DNA of 64,000 nucleotides from Patescibacteria group bacterium (GCA_026004395.1 BPJB01000001.1:519343-583342); one strand, 5' to 3'; shown: positions 50,075 through 59,611, counted from the first letter of the stretch. Notes: generated by a model from the letters alone, not told the origin. Translations and numbers: made by a program.

Positions 50075-51664
50075 ATGAAGATCAAATACTTTTTATACGC
50101 TCGCAAATCAACAGAGGACGAAGAAAGACAAGTGATGTCTATTGAAGCCCAGCTTGCGGAGTTGGCGGAATATGCCAAGCGCGAAGGGCTGGAAATTATT
50201 GAGCAGTTTGTGGAAAGCAAAAGCGCAAAGAAGCCCGGGCGAGAAATTTTTAATAAGATGATTGAAAAAATCCATACCAGCAAAAGCCCGGTTGGCATTT
50301 TAGCGTGGCACCCTGATAGATTGGCAAGAAACAGCGTTGACGGCGGGCAGGTTATTTACCTCATAGACCAAGGCAAAATCGCTTCTTTGCGCTTTCCTAC
50401 TTTTTGGTTTGAGCCAACTCCGCAAGGACTTTTTATGCTTCAAGTCGCCTTTGGCCAAAGTAAGTATTACTCGGACAACTTGTCCGAGAATGTAAAGCGC
50501 GGGATTCGCCAAAAACTCAGGCGCGGGGAATATCCGGGCAAAGCTCCGCTTGGATATGTAAATAATCCCAAGACAAGGAACATTGAGCCAGACCCGACCA
50601 AAGCAAAAATTGTGGCAAAAGCCTTTGAGGAGTTTGCCCAAGGAAAGCACACTCTCAAAAGTTTAGGCGAGCGCCTGAGTTTTTGGGGCGTGGTGAGCAA
50701 AAACGGCACACCTCTTGCCAAAGCCACAATCCAACGAATGCTCACTAATCCAACTTATCTCGGCTTGATTGTCCACAAGGGCGAAACCTACGAGGGCAAG
50801 TTTCCTCCAATTATTTCCAGAGCGACTTTTTCAGCCGTTCAAAAAATGTTGAAGCAGAGAGCAAGGCCGCGCAAAACAAGAAAAGGACACAACTTCCCGT
50901 TTGTCGGGCTTTTCCGGTGCGGAGAGTGCGGCGGTATGATAACCGCGCAGTGGGCAAAAGGAAAATACCGCTACTACCGGTGCACAAAGAAGTTTGACAA
51001 ATGCAGCCAAGGATACTTGCGCGAGGACTTGCTCGTTGCCCAGCTTAAAGAAAAGCTGAAAAAAGTCGCTCTCTGCGAAGACTGGGCGGAAAAGATGTTG
51101 GTAAAGGTAGATGAATGGGAAAAGGAACAAGCCCAGTCTTCGCAGTCTTTCGCCCAAAATCTTGAGGAGAAAATCAAAGAAACCGAACAAAAGCTGGATA
51201 GATTAGTTAACGCCTTTTTGGACGGCACCATTGAAAAAGAGACCTATCTTGCCAAGAAAGACGAACTCATTAAAACTAAAACCGCCCTTCTGGAAAAGAA
51301 AGGCGATTTTGGGCGAAAGGGAAACAATTGGATCGAACCATTGAGAAATTGGATAAAAGACGCTCACCACGCCGAAAAACTTGCTTTGTCTCAACCCAGC
51401 CCATTAGATTTATATGAATGGGCTGGGTTTGCGGAAAAAATTGGAACGAACCGCCGCCTGCTGGACAGAAAAATCCTCTTTGATTTCCGTCCGCCCCTTG
51501 ATTTAGTGCCGAAATATAAGGAAATTTGCGAAGCGAGCCTCGCCTCTGGCGAGGCGAGCGAGCAATCAAACTCGCCCAAAAACTCTGAAAGTATCGTATG
51601 GTCGGGGACAGAGGACTCGAACCTCCGACCTCACGGTCCCAAACCGCGCGCTCTAGCCAACTGA
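50075..51664 (+). CDS. Large serine recombinase (serine integrase/transposase type)
   Basis: N-terminal resolvase catalytic domain with YARKSTEDEERQVMSIEAQ (catalytic Ser in RKST), a recombinase domain, a zinc ribbon CGECGG...YRCTKKFDKC, and a coiled-coil. GC content is about 50% against a roughly 33% background. The last ~50 codons lie inside IR2-R and the final ~20 codons run into tRNA-Pro, so the C-terminal extent is uncertain. Confidence 0.85.
   Translation: MKIKYFLYARKSTEDEERQVMSIEAQLAELAEYAKREGLEIIEQFVESKSAKKPGREIFNKMIEKIHTSKSPVGILAWHPDRLARNSVDGGQVIYLIDQGKIASLRFPTFWFEPTPQGLFMLQVAFGQSKYYSDNLSENVKRGIRQKLRRGEYPGKAPLGYVNNPKTRNIEPDPTKAKIVAKAFEEFAQGKHTLKSLGERLSFWGVVSKNGTPLAKATIQRMLTNPTYLGLIVHKGETYEGKFPPIISRATFSAVQKMLKQRARPRKTRKGHNFPFVGLFRCGECGGMITAQWAKGKYRYYRCTKKFDKCSQGYLREDLLVAQLKEKLKKVALCEDWAEKMLVKVDEWEKEQAQSSQSFAQNLEEKIKETEQKLDRLVNAFLDGTIEKETYLAKKDELIKTKTALLEKKGDFGRKGNNWIEPLRNWIKDAHHAEKLALSQPSPLDLYEWAGFAEKIGTNRRLLDRKILFDFRPPLDLVPKYKEICEASLASGEASEQSNSPKNSESIVWSGTEDSNLRPHGPKPRALAN
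51446..51604 (-). repeat. IR2-R: inverted copy of IR2-L, inside the recombinase 3' end and abutting tRNA-Pro
   Basis: Perfect reverse complement of 49744-49902. Its last 6 bp (TGGTCG on the plus strand) are the 3' terminal CGACCA of tRNA-Pro. Confidence 0.85.
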
Positions 51665-51675
51665 GCTAGTCCCCG
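51599..51675 (-). tRNA. tRNA-Pro (anticodon TGG), CCA encoded
   Basis: 77 nt. Acceptor CGGGGAC/GTCCCCG. Anticodon stem-loop CGCGG-TTTGGGA-CCGTG. T-loop TTCGAGT. 3' ACCA. The 3' end coincides with the element boundary. Confidence 0.8.
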
Positions 51676-51803
51676 TATCGCATTTGCAATTCATTTTGCA
51701 GTAGCTTTTGAAAATCCATCTCTATATTCTTACCTATTATCATTACAAACTTTTGATTGCATTCATTACCTCAATTTGATTTATCTTAATTAACTTTGAT
51801 GAG

Positions 51804-51888
51804 TGCCGCGAGAGAGACTCGAACTCTCACGTCCTTTTAGGGACAAAGGCTCTTAAGGCCCTCGTGTCTACCATTCCACCACCGCGGC
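51804..51888 (-). tRNA. tRNA-Leu (anticodon TAA) with long variable arm
   Basis: 85 nt. Acceptor GCCGCGG. Anticodon stem-loop AGGGC-CTTAAGA-GCCTT. Long variable arm TGTCCCTAAAAGGACGT. T-arm GAGAGTTCGAGTCTCTC. Confidence 0.75.
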
Positions 51889-51940
51889 GTGATTGTAATG
51901 ACTGTATTGTACCTAATAGTAAAAGTTTATTCAACCAAAT

Positions 51941-52906
51941 TTATTGATGAATGGGAGGAGTAATACCTAATCTCTTAAGAGAATAGTCAAGAAAATTCTT
52001 CATTTCTTCACGCCTATTCTTACTATTTAAAAGTATTCCAATTATTTTATGATCTTTATACTCAAGATACGTAATAAGACACATTCCTGCCTCAGGAGTA
52101 AAACCAGTCTTCACACCTTTAACACCAGGATAGCTCGTAAGAAGGTTAGTCTCATTAAACAGATGGTACTCTTTATGAGTTGCTGTTTTGGGTATTACAT
52201 ATTCGTATGTTGCTACGATTTTTCTCATGATTGGAAAATTATCCAGCATGTATTTTGTCATCACCAATAGATCGTACGCTGTTGTATGTTGTACTCCATC
52301 ACCCTGTAAACCAGATGGATTGCTGAACACTGTATTTTCAAGTCCTAATGCTTTAGCTTTATTGTTCATGGCAGATATGAATGCAGTTCTTCCATCTTTG
52401 TAATTGCTTGCAATCACCTCAGCAGCATCATTACCGGATGGAAGCATCAAACCATATAAGAGTTCTTCAAGACCAAGAATTTCTCCCTCTTCAAGACCCA
52501 TACTATCTTCACCTACCAAGTCATATTTATGTACTAAGTAACGATCATCAGATTTTTTATTTTCCAAAGCTACAATTGCTGTCATAATTTTTGTCAATGA
52601 TGCCATAGGCATTCTCTCAAATGCTTTGTGTTCAAAAAGTGTCTTGTTAGTCTTCAAGTCATAAATCAGAACTGACTTCGCAGTAAAATTAGGAACTCCG
52701 TTCTCACTTCCTTCGGTTTTTTCGATAATTGGTAGCCAAAAATCAAGAAGCTTTACTTGAGAATTACTAGAAAGAGTGAGAAAATGGGGTAGAGGAGACT
52801 CAAAAAAATTTTTTAAATGCTTTTGATGAATAAAAATATATAAAAAAATGTTTATTAAAATACTAAAGATTGCTACCGCTATACTATACAAAAATAGAGA
52901 ACGCAT
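51941..52906 (-). CDS. dacA: D-alanyl-D-alanine carboxypeptidase (PBP5/DacA-like, S11)
   Basis: N-terminal TM/signal segment. SxxK MASLTKIM. SxN PSGNDAA. KTG GVKTGFT. Confidence 0.85.
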   Translation of the reverse strand: MRSLFLYSIAVAIFSILINIFLYIFIHQKHLKNFFESPLPHFLTLSSNSQVKLLDFWLPIIEKTEGSENGVPNFTAKSVLIYDLKTNKTLFEHKAFERMPMASLTKIMTAIVALENKKSDDRYLVHKYDLVGEDSMGLEEGEILGLEELLYGLMLPSGNDAAEVIASNYKDGRTAFISAMNNKAKALGLENTVFSNPSGLQGDGVQHTTAYDLLVMTKYMLDNFPIMRKIVATYEYVIPKTATHKEYHLFNETNLLTSYPGVKGVKTGFTPEAGMCLITYLEYKDHKIIGILLNSKNRREEMKNFLDYSLKRLGITPPIHQ

Positions 52907-52945
52907 TTTATAATTCTACCAAATAATAGTTAATCGCAACAAAAT

Positions 52946-53761
52946 ATGCAGTTTTCTTTAATCTCTTTCAATACTTTTGCTGCTCCTTTTTTTGCTCATA
53001 AAATTATTCGAAGTCTGTTCAGAACTCGTGTCAGAGAACGTCTGAGAATTGTTGCAGAAAATCTTAAAAAAGAAAACCCAGACATTGTCTTCTTCCAAGA
53101 ACTTTTTACTTATTTCAACTTAAAATTTATAACTAAATTGCTTCCTGACTATGCAGTTTTGTATAAACCTTTTATTTATGGTCCGCGTGGAGGATTAGTT
53201 ATCTTTTCAAAAATTCCTATAAGAACAATTCAGTACATTGATTTTGAGGTAAAAGGATCACTTTGGAACAGATCATTGACAGGTCCAATCACCAAAAAAG
53301 GTCTGCTTGTCGCTTATTGCCAATCACTACCTCTGATACTGATTAATACGCATCTGACACAAAACTCTGATCATGACTGGTCAGATGACAACCGCTATAC
53401 TAAAATCCTTGTCAAACAACTACATCAAATTACACGAGAGATTAAAAAATTTAATAAGACAAATTTCATTCTTGCGGGAGATTTTAATATGCCAAAAAAG
53501 ACCCATCTTTATTCTGATTTTTTACGTGCTACCAAATTAACTGATCCTTTTTCTCAGTACCAAGACTCTACTTACCACACAGATATGATTCCATTCTATA
53601 CACCCAAAAGAAGAGAAGATTACATTTTTTTCCAAGGAGAAGGATTAAAATGCTTACAGACATCAGAATTATTTAAGAAAAAATTCCTGCTTGCTGATGG
53701 TACAAGAGTTTATCTCTCAGATCACATAGCTCTCAAAGCTCAGTTCGAGCTTTCAAATTAA
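52946..53761 (+). CDS. Endonuclease/exonuclease/phosphatase (EEP) family protein
   Basis: IVFFQE, ILAGDFNM and SDHIAL catalytic motifs of the EEP fold. Confidence 0.75.
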   Translation: MQFSLISFNTFAAPFFAHKIIRSLFRTRVRERLRIVAENLKKENPDIVFFQELFTYFNLKFITKLLPDYAVLYKPFIYGPRGGLVIFSKIPIRTIQYIDFEVKGSLWNRSLTGPITKKGLLVAYCQSLPLILINTHLTQNSDHDWSDDNRYTKILVKQLHQITREIKKFNKTNFILAGDFNMPKKTHLYSDFLRATKLTDPFSQYQDSTYHTDMIPFYTPKRREDYIFFQGEGLKCLQTSELFKKKFLLADGTRVYLSDHIALKAQFELSN

Positions 53762-53781
53762 AAATCTGATATTATTATTCT

Positions 53782-54555
53782 ATGGATCTATCGCATGTTG
53801 CTATACTAGCAATCGTTGAAGGTTTTACAGAGTTCCTTCCAATCTCCTCAACCGGACATCTCATCCTCACATCCTATTTGTTAGGCATAGGCCAAACACC
53901 ATTTATGAAAACATTTGAGATTATAATCCAGCTTGGAGCAATTCTCGCTGTTATTTTTCTTTATTGGAGAAAACTGAAAAGAAGTTATATTCTCTGGAAG
54001 AAAATCTTTATTGCATTTCTTCCGACAGCAATCATAGGATTTACTTTATATCGAATAGTTAAAGATATTCTGTTAGGTAATCCTTTGATCACATTAGGTG
54101 CTATTTTTTTAGGGGGGATTATTCTTATTATTTTAGAATTGCTGTACAAAGAAAAAGAATACCACGTGCAGAATGTAGAAGAAATTACTTATAAGCAATC
54201 AGTTTTAATTGGATTGTTTCAATCTCTGTCTCTGATTCCAGGAGTATCACGAGCAGCTGCGACAATTATTGGGGCATTGTTTTTGGGTGCCAAAAGAAAA
54301 TCAGCCGTTGAGTTCTCATTTTTTTTGGCTGTTCCCACAATGATTACTGCCTCAACTTTTGAAATCATTCAAAGTTCATTTTCTTTAACAACAAGTGAAA
54401 TACAATATCTTCTGATAGGATTTATTCTCTCATTCTTTTTTGCACTACTTGCAATTAGATTTTTACTCAGTTTCATCCAGTCGCATACCTTTATACCTTT
54501 TGGTATATACAGGATACTTCTTGCAATAGTATATGCATCTTTGCTATTAAAATAA
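53782..54555 (+). CDS. uppP: Undecaprenyl-diphosphatase UppP (BacA)
   Basis: N-terminal AILAIVEGFTEFLPISSTGHL signature. Eight TM helices. A second conserved PGVSRAAATIIG motif. Confidence 0.9.
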   Translation: MDLSHVAILAIVEGFTEFLPISSTGHLILTSYLLGIGQTPFMKTFEIIIQLGAILAVIFLYWRKLKRSYILWKKIFIAFLPTAIIGFTLYRIVKDILLGNPLITLGAIFLGGIILIILELLYKEKEYHVQNVEEITYKQSVLIGLFQSLSLIPGVSRAAATIIGALFLGAKRKSAVEFSFFLAVPTMITASTFEIIQSSFSLTTSEIQYLLIGFILSFFFALLAIRFLLSFIQSHTFIPFGIYRILLAIVYASLLLK

Positions 54556-54698
54556 AGCAATTACAAGCTGTATATTATATATATTTGGTAGATGCATAAA
54601 TAAAATTATTGAAGAAGTTCTTGACTCAATATTATAGTTTAGTTATACTTCAGAAGTCATTTTCTGCCCCCTTATTATCTGCCTAAATTTTTCTCAAT

Positions 54699-56159
54699 AT
54701 GATAAATTGGTGGAAAAAAATAAATTCAATGCAATTTTTGCATGTATATTCAAGTGTAATCAAAAGTAAAAATTACAAAAAAATAAAAATTTTTTTAATT
54801 AAAAACCCATTTAAAAGCTTTTTTATAACACTGGTTTTCTTACTGTTGATAATGATTTTCGGCAATATATTGTCCAATAAAACAGAATTAAAAAAAGAAA
54901 AACAATCTTTGATAAAAGAAGTAAGTGTTTATCAAATTGGAAAAACATCTACAATCAGACTGCAAGCTAAGTTAGAAAAAAAAGGTGTAGTAAAAATTAC
55001 TGCATTAGCTCCGGGAGTAGTATCTTCAATTCTGGTCAAAGAAGGACAGACTGTCTCCAAAGGTCAAACTCTGATCAAACTCTCATCAAACTATCAAGGT
55101 GGAAATGCACAGTCGCTACAGTCACAATTAGCTAAGTTACAATACCAGAACTCTAAAGAAACATTAACAACACAAAAAGAAATTATCCAAAAGCAAAGAG
55201 AAGTTGCCGAAAAAAACCGCGATAATACAGAAGAATTAAGAAAAATTTCTGAACAATCTCTTGGATCATCACGCGAATTATTAGATCTTAATCAACAAAT
55301 TCTTAACTTTATTAATGAACAAATTAATGAATTAGAAAAAGTAAATGCGCCTAAAGAAAATATTTTTTCACTTAAAATACAAAAAGCTCAAATTGAGTCA
55401 GGAGTCAATCAATTGTTAAACAACCTTCGCAATCTAGAATATACAACAAATAAAGAAAATCCTCCTACAAATTTAGCCGACCTGCAAAAAGATATTACTC
55501 TCAAACAATTAGATCTCCAAGAAAAGGCTTTAGAAATCAATAAAGAGGTAAGTCGTATTCAGTACAATCTTGCATTAATAAATGAATCTCTAATGTGTCC
55601 AGCGTCTCCATTTGCTGGTGTAGTTGAAAGAATTCATGTCCAATCAGGACAATCAGTCAATCCTGGAACTACTTTAGTAACTATATCGAGTAATCAGATA
55701 TCTGCCAATGCTGTTGTTAATATTCCACGTGATATCGCACTCCTAGTATCAAGAATACAACCAAGTTTACTTTATATTGGAAAACAAAAAATTTCCATTA
55801 TTCCTGATTATATCTCTACTGTTGCTACTGATGGTCAGATGTATGCAGTAATTTATACTTTACCAAGTGAGATTATTGGAAAAATTACAGAAGAAAGTTA
55901 TATTCCTGTTGATATTCCTCTTAGTGTCTCCAGTTTTGACGGCGCAACAACTTTTATACCAATAGATGCTGTCTATCAATCTCAAAAAGATTCATATGTT
56001 AATGTTGTTAATAACGGCAAGGCTCAAACAAAAAAAATAATATTAGGTAATATTTATGGACAATATGTAGAGGTTATTTCTGGATTGAGCACAGACGATC
56101 AAATTATTCTCAACCGCAACATTATTTCAGGAGATAATGTCAAAGTTATTTCAAGATAA
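54699..56159 (+). CDS. Efflux RND transporter periplasmic adaptor (membrane fusion protein)
   Basis: N-terminal TM anchor. Biotinyl/lipoyl-like hairpin ITALAPGVVSSILVKEGQTVSKGQTLIKL. Long coiled-coil. A second lipoyl half, PFAGVVERIHVQSGQSV. C-terminal beta-barrel. Confidence 0.75.
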   Translation: MINWWKKINSMQFLHVYSSVIKSKNYKKIKIFLIKNPFKSFFITLVFLLLIMIFGNILSNKTELKKEKQSLIKEVSVYQIGKTSTIRLQAKLEKKGVVKITALAPGVVSSILVKEGQTVSKGQTLIKLSSNYQGGNAQSLQSQLAKLQYQNSKETLTTQKEIIQKQREVAEKNRDNTEELRKISEQSLGSSRELLDLNQQILNFINEQINELEKVNAPKENIFSLKIQKAQIESGVNQLLNNLRNLEYTTNKENPPTNLADLQKDITLKQLDLQEKALEINKEVSRIQYNLALINESLMCPASPFAGVVERIHVQSGQSVNPGTTLVTISSNQISANAVVNIPRDIALLVSRIQPSLLYIGKQKISIIPDYISTVATDGQMYAVIYTLPSEIIGKITEESYIPVDIPLSVSSFDGATTFIPIDAVYQSQKDSYVNVVNNGKAQTKKIILGNIYGQYVEVISGLSTDDQIILNRNIISGDNVKVISR

Positions 56160-56167
56160 ATTTAGTA

Positions 56168-59100
56168 ATGGCATTTATGAAGAATGAATTTCTATATCTT
56201 AAAAAACTCAGATTTGATAGACAATTACAAAATACCTTTATTGCTAAATATCTAAGTAATCCCCGACTTCTTTTTTTGATTATTGTAGCTATTATTAGTA
56301 TTGGTTTATCAAGCTATTTGAGTATTCCCAGAAGACTTAATCCAGAAATAAAAATACCAGTTGTTATCGTAACAACCCTGCTTCCGGGAGCAAGTCCTCA
56401 GGATATAGAATCTCTTGTTACAAAAAATCTCGAGTCATCAATTAATAGAGTAGAGGATGTTAAAAAAATAACCTCATCTTCAAGAGAAAACATCTCGATT
56501 ATTTCAGTAGAGTTTGAATCAGGAGTTGATCCGGATAAAGCAAGACAATCAATTCAATCAGCAATTGAGTCTGCAAATCTTCCAAATGATGCTCAGAATC
56601 CGGTAGTTCAAAAAGTAGATTTCGAAAATCAACCGGTATGGTCGTTTGCCATAACAGGAAATGATATTCCAAGTCTTAAAAAAGTTGCAGATCTATTAAA
56701 AAAAGAACTGGAAAATCTACAATCTGTTGAGAAAATAACAACTGGTGGTCTAGAAGAGAAAGAAATCGTTATTTCTATTCGACCAGAAAAAATTGCGGCA
56801 TATGGTATTAATCCACTGCAAATCTCTCAACTTGTAAAATCATCAATCAATTCATTTCCGGCAGGTACTGTTCAGACTTCCCACTCATCATTTACATTGA
56901 CAATTGATCCTTTGATTAAATCCGTTGACGATCTTCGCAATCTAAAGCTTTTTATTAATGGTTCAGTTGTAACTTTATCCGAAATTGCAAATGTTTATGA
57001 GAGATCCAAGCCAAACCAATTTTTATCATTTTTTGCCACAAAGGCTAAAAAGCCTCAACCTTCAATTACGTTTTCTGTTTATAAAGCACCAAATACCAAT
57101 ATTAATGAAGCTGTTTCAGAGTCTGAAAAGATAGTGCAAGATATTATTGATAAATACGATGGAAAATTTGAAGTTCAAACAATTACCAATACAGGAAAAC
57201 TAATTGATAAACAGTTCAACCATCTTCTACGTGATTTTATCATTACAGTTTCGTTGGTATTCTTTGTTCTACTTATATTTCTTGGCGGAAGGCAAGCATT
57301 TGTTTCTTTCTTTGCTGTTCCTTTAACATTTCTTATAAGTTTTACCGTTATGAAGATTTGGGGAATTTCACTTAATTTTCTTTCTCTTTTCTCACTATTA
57401 CTTTCACTCGGACTTTTGGTTGATGACACAATCGTTGTCATTTCTGCAATGACTCAGTATTATAGAACAGGAAGATTTACTCCTCTTCAAACAGGGCTTC
57501 TCGTCTGGAGGGATTTTAAAGTACCAATTCTCACTACTACACTTACTACAGTTTGGGCATTTCTACCGCTTCTCATTTCAACAGGAATAATAGGAGAGTT
57601 TATTAAATCAATACCAGTTGTTGTATCAAGTACTCTTCTTGGATCTCTGGGCGTAGCTATGTTGATTATTCTTCCTCTGATGACAATACTCCTTAAACCA
57701 CAAATTCCGCAAAGATTAATTATTTTTTTGCGCGTTATTTTTGTTATTTTTCTTCTTTCTATTTATATTTATATAGCTCCAAAAGGTATTGGACTAATTT
57801 TCTCTTTGGTCGGACTTGGAGTCTTTCTTTTTGTTACATCACAAGTTAGGATAGCTTTGATTAGGAAAACAAAAAAATATATTCTTCAAGAATCCGAAAA
57901 AAAACCTGCTCTTCGTAAAATTCCTGATTATTTTGATAAGGGATTTATCAGCTTTTCAATCATCGAAAGAAAATACCGATCGATTATTACTCGCATACTT
58001 GCATCAAAACGCAATAGGAGAAATGCGGTAATATTAGTAATTATTTTTTCTTTTTTTTCATATCTTCTCCTACCATTAGGGTTAGTAAAAAATGAATTTT
58101 TCCCTAAAAATGATCAAAATTTTTTATATGTTAATCTTGAGTTGCCATCTGGAACAAATTTAACACAAACAACACAGGAGGCTATTTATCTTCTCAACAA
58201 ACTTCGATCTACACCAGATGTTTCATATATCACTGCTGATGTGGGCAAAATATACAGTAGAGAATTTACATCCGCTGGTAACAATGAAAATACAGTTATG
58301 TTTTCTCTTGTTCTGCCTGATCGCAAAGAAAGATCTCATACTTCTATTGAAATTGCAGATTTTCTCAGAAAATCTCTTAGTTCATACACAAAAGGGACAA
58401 TAACTGTATCAGAAGTATCAGGTGGACCACCGGCGGGATCAGATTTACAAATAAAACTTTTTGGTGATGATCTTGCATTGCTTGATAACTATGCAGAAGA
58501 TGTTAAAAAATTTTTTGAGAGGCAAGAAGGAGTTACAGATATTCAAAAATCAATCAAAACTGGACCAAGTCAGATAGTGTTTGTCCCCGATCAAAATAAA
58601 TTAGCGAACCTCAATATCTCACAGGATGTGCTTGGATTATGGCTGAGAACATTCGCAAGTGGATTACAGCTTGAATCCATCAAACAAGCGAACTCTGAAG
58701 AAGAAAATATGGAGATTACGCTTCAATTTGGAGAACGACCCCAAGATATAGAAAATATAACTCTACTTTCTTTTCCATCTCCAATGGGACCAATTACTAT
58801 TACTGATTTAGGAAGACTAATTTTAAAACCAAGTCCAACTTTGATTACCAGAGAAGACGGTAAAAGAACAATTTCAATTTCTGCATCTGTTCAGAAAGGA
58901 TTTTCTGTAACAGAGATGAATCAAAAATTAGAGAATTTTGCCAAAAATAATCTCAAACTTGAAGAGGGATATTTTTGGAAGACAGGAGGAGTTAATGAAG
59001 AAAATCAAAAATCAGTTTACTCTATTCTTCAAGCAATGATATTTTCTTTTCTGCTTATAATTGTAACAATGGTAATCCAGTTCAGCTCATTTAGAAAAGC

Positions 59101-59533
59101 TCTTATTGTTATGTTAGTTATACCACTTTCTATTTCAGGTGTATTTATTATCTTTGGACTCACTCAGACACCTCTTTCATTTCCAGCACTTATTGGAGTA
59201 TTGGCACTTTTTGGAATTGTAGTCAAAAACTCAATACTTCTTGTAGACAAAATTAATACAAATCAGAAATCAGGAATGAATTTTCAAGAGAGTATAATAG
59301 ATGCAGCTGAAAGTAGGCTGGAACCAATTGCACTTACAAGTCTTGCAACAATCATGGGGTTAATTCCTATCACTATCTCAGATCCTTTATGGAGGGGGCT
59401 AGGTGGAGCAATAATTGCAGGCCTTACATTTTCTGGGACAATTATGCTCTTTTTCATACCTGTTGTATATTACATGTGGTTTAATCCAAAGAGCAATAAA
59501 CAACTCAGACAAACAAAAAAATATAAAAAATAA
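56168..59533 (+). CDS. Efflux RND transporter permease (AcrB/HAE family)
   Basis: 1121 aa. Twelve TM helices in two 6-TM bundles with large periplasmic loops. Conserved segments GLLVDDTIVV and ALIGVLALFGIVVKNSILLVD. Confidence 0.9.
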   Translation: MAFMKNEFLYLKKLRFDRQLQNTFIAKYLSNPRLLFLIIVAIISIGLSSYLSIPRRLNPEIKIPVVIVTTLLPGASPQDIESLVTKNLESSINRVEDVKKITSSSRENISIISVEFESGVDPDKARQSIQSAIESANLPNDAQNPVVQKVDFENQPVWSFAITGNDIPSLKKVADLLKKELENLQSVEKITTGGLEEKEIVISIRPEKIAAYGINPLQISQLVKSSINSFPAGTVQTSHSSFTLTIDPLIKSVDDLRNLKLFINGSVVTLSEIANVYERSKPNQFLSFFATKAKKPQPSITFSVYKAPNTNINEAVSESEKIVQDIIDKYDGKFEVQTITNTGKLIDKQFNHLLRDFIITVSLVFFVLLIFLGGRQAFVSFFAVPLTFLISFTVMKIWGISLNFLSLFSLLLSLGLLVDDTIVVISAMTQYYRTGRFTPLQTGLLVWRDFKVPILTTTLTTVWAFLPLLISTGIIGEFIKSIPVVVSSTLLGSLGVAMLIILPLMTILLKPQIPQRLIIFLRVIFVIFLLSIYIYIAPKGIGLIFSLVGLGVFLFVTSQVRIALIRKTKKYILQESEKKPALRKIPDYFDKGFISFSIIERKYRSIITRILASKRNRRNAVILVIIFSFFSYLLLPLGLVKNEFFPKNDQNFLYVNLELPSGTNLTQTTQEAIYLLNKLRSTPDVSYITADVGKIYSREFTSAGNNENTVMFSLVLPDRKERSHTSIEIADFLRKSLSSYTKGTITVSEVSGGPPAGSDLQIKLFGDDLALLDNYAEDVKKFFERQEGVTDIQKSIKTGPSQIVFVPDQNKLANLNISQDVLGLWLRTFASGLQLESIKQANSEEENMEITLQFGERPQDIENITLLSFPSPMGPITITDLGRLILKPSPTLITREDGKRTISISASVQKGFSVTEMNQKLENFAKNNLKLEEGYFWKTGGVNEENQKSVYSILQAMIFSFLLIIVTMVIQFSSFRKALIVMLVIPLSISGVFIIFGLTQTPLSFPALIGVLALFGIVVKNSILLVDKINTNQKSGMNFQESIIDAAESRLEPIALTSLATIMGLIPITISDPLWRGLGGAIIAGLTFSGTIMLFFIPVVYYMWFNPKSNKQLRQTKKYKK

Positions 59534-59611
59534 TTTTTAAAAATCAACAAATATCAACTTAAAACAATTTATAGTTTGTTAAGATTAAAAATTTTTGTAT
59601 AATATCCACCT

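Larger units (their letters stand above)
43841..51604. mobile_element. About 7.8 kb insertion at the 3' end of tRNA-Pro: RM plus OLD cargo and a large serine recombinase, bounded and partitioned by long perfect inverted repeats
   Basis: Both ends and the internal repeat junction carry TGGTCG/CGACCA, the 3' hexamer of tRNA-Pro. The right end reconstitutes the tRNA-Pro 3' terminus at 51599-51604. GC-rich repeats and a GC-rich recombinase gene contrast with the AT-rich flanks. Confidence 0.7.

Noticed and set aside
50300-51579. Several minus-strand ORFs (50300-50650, 50467-50745, 50831-51190, 50974-51231, 51276-51569, 51391-51579) within the serine recombinase gene
   Set aside because: They are antisense to a well-supported recombinase ORF. 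The open frames arise from the high GC content of this segment.
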